From Mizuhopecten yessoensis (Eukaryota): a stretch of 64,000 bases of DNA. Shown here in pieces: positions 63,019-64,000 of this stretch; position 1 is the stretch's first letter; each line of letters begins with the position of its first letter. The stretch covers positions 1,392,987 to 1,456,986 of the forward strand of contig NW_018408919.1 in NCBI RefSeq assembly GCF_002113885.1. The letters are read 5' to 3'. The notes below the pieces were generated by a model. The model was given only the letters and a program-made list of their open reading frames with translations, did no database searches and had not been told where the DNA came from. The translations under genes and the position numbers were made by a program.

Positions 63019-64000
63019 TGTGGTGAATTTCGGGAGAGTTATCTCCCTTGGACCGTGGACCGCGCCGACACGAGATCTCGTGAGCTACGTGATATCATCG
63101 CTGTGACGCGTTGGCGCGGTCTCTTATACTTCTAGATATCGAACCAGCAACACGTGAGTGAATTTCCTCCACCTTGTCTTTGATTTCAGGAGCTGAGAGC
63201 GTTTGCAACTACTTGTTGTGACGGTGTGTGAATAACACACACCGAATTCACGACAATTGGTGTCATAAGTGAGAAAGAACTCACGCTATTCGCGCTATTT
63301 TGACATTTTTTTCCATATATTTTTTTTCTACCTTGCTGGTCCCCTCTCGCTCGCACGTGCGCTGGCCATTTTGTTGACCAGTGCGCGAATTACGAGTGAG
63401 AGATTTTGGGACAGTTCTAGCAGTTTATTATTGTTTATTTAATTATTTATTAGGGGTAATTCAGAGTCGGCGGTGTTTTCACTGCCGTTCTGAAATTTAA
63501 ATTTAATTTAATTTAGTTTACTTGTTAGGTTTTCACGGAACTTCATTCGCCTGTATAGTGGGCCGCCCATATTGGCGGAATACATATGACAGGCGAGACT
63601 TGAGTTATCGTTAGTATAGGATATTATTTTTATATTGTAGGGAAATTATTATATGTTTAGTTAGGTTATTATTACATTAGGTTAGAAATTAGTTATTTTA
63701 GGAATTAGAAATTATTTTGTAAACTGTAAATCGTAGTTGTAATCGTTGGAATTTTGTACGGGACGGTGGCACGTGTCTACTATAGCACTGTTGATATAAG
63801 TCCCTGTACATAATTGTGTAATTGTTTAATTAAGTGTGTTGACTTATTTCTTTCTTGGAACTTTATATTTTGTCATGGCTGTCATAAATATACGGACAGC
63901 TACAGAAAATGAGCTGTGCACGTTGGAGGGTTTAGGCCCCGCGACGGCACAGAAAATCTTGAGTATAAGAGATGATGAGGGGCTCACTCTGCAGAAACTG
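63019..64000 (+). mobile_element. 5' end of an LTR retrotransposon (Gypsy-like): LTR 63019-63255, tRNA-Leu-like PBS 63258-63275
   Basis: LTR starts TGTGGTGAATT and ends AATTCACGACA (inverted termini TG..CA), followed by TGGTGTCATAAGTG, close to the tRNA-Leu PBS TGGTGTCAGAAGTG. Confidence 0.8.
63875..64000 (+). CDS. Start of retrotransposon ORF1 with a ComEA-like helix-hairpin-helix domain (truncated by window end)
   Basis: GTCATGG start; MAVINIRTATENELCTLEGLGPATAQKILSIRDDEGLTLQKL matches the pattern ININTAxxxELxxLxGIGxxxAxxIxxxR. Confidence 0.72.
   Translation, partial: MAVINIRTATENELCTLEGLGPATAQKILSIRDDEGLTLQKL

Overview
AT-rich, intron-rich eukaryotic DNA; the repeat families suggest a bivalve mollusc (inference). 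It is not prokaryotic, so most entries in the ORF track are spurious. Main content: (1) a complete 12-exon RanGAP1 gene on the minus strand (16949->1836) that ends in a short NES-like tail rather than the SUMO-attachment domain; (2) two tandem, co-oriented LRRC74A-like LRR + EF-hand paralogs (~32.8-45.0 kb and ~48.0-57.9 kb) with matching exon sizes and phases; (3) an intact three-exon hAT transposon with a 5-bp TSD and an N-terminal PIP-box-like motif, nested in a decayed LINE; (4) a 2.27-kb non-coding fold-back element with AGTAG termini and a 6-bp TSD, consistent with a non-autonomous Polinton/Maverick, in an intron; (5) the 5' end of an LTR retrotransposon whose first ORF starts with a ComEA-like helix-hairpin-helix domain; (6) a small unknown spliced gene at 61.2-62.7 kb with two competing reading frames; (7) minisatellites that amplify splice sites, plus MITEs, SINEs, LINE/Penelope fragments and two assembly gaps. 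Exon models were read by eye from GT-AG sites and phase consistency; no transcript or database evidence was available.
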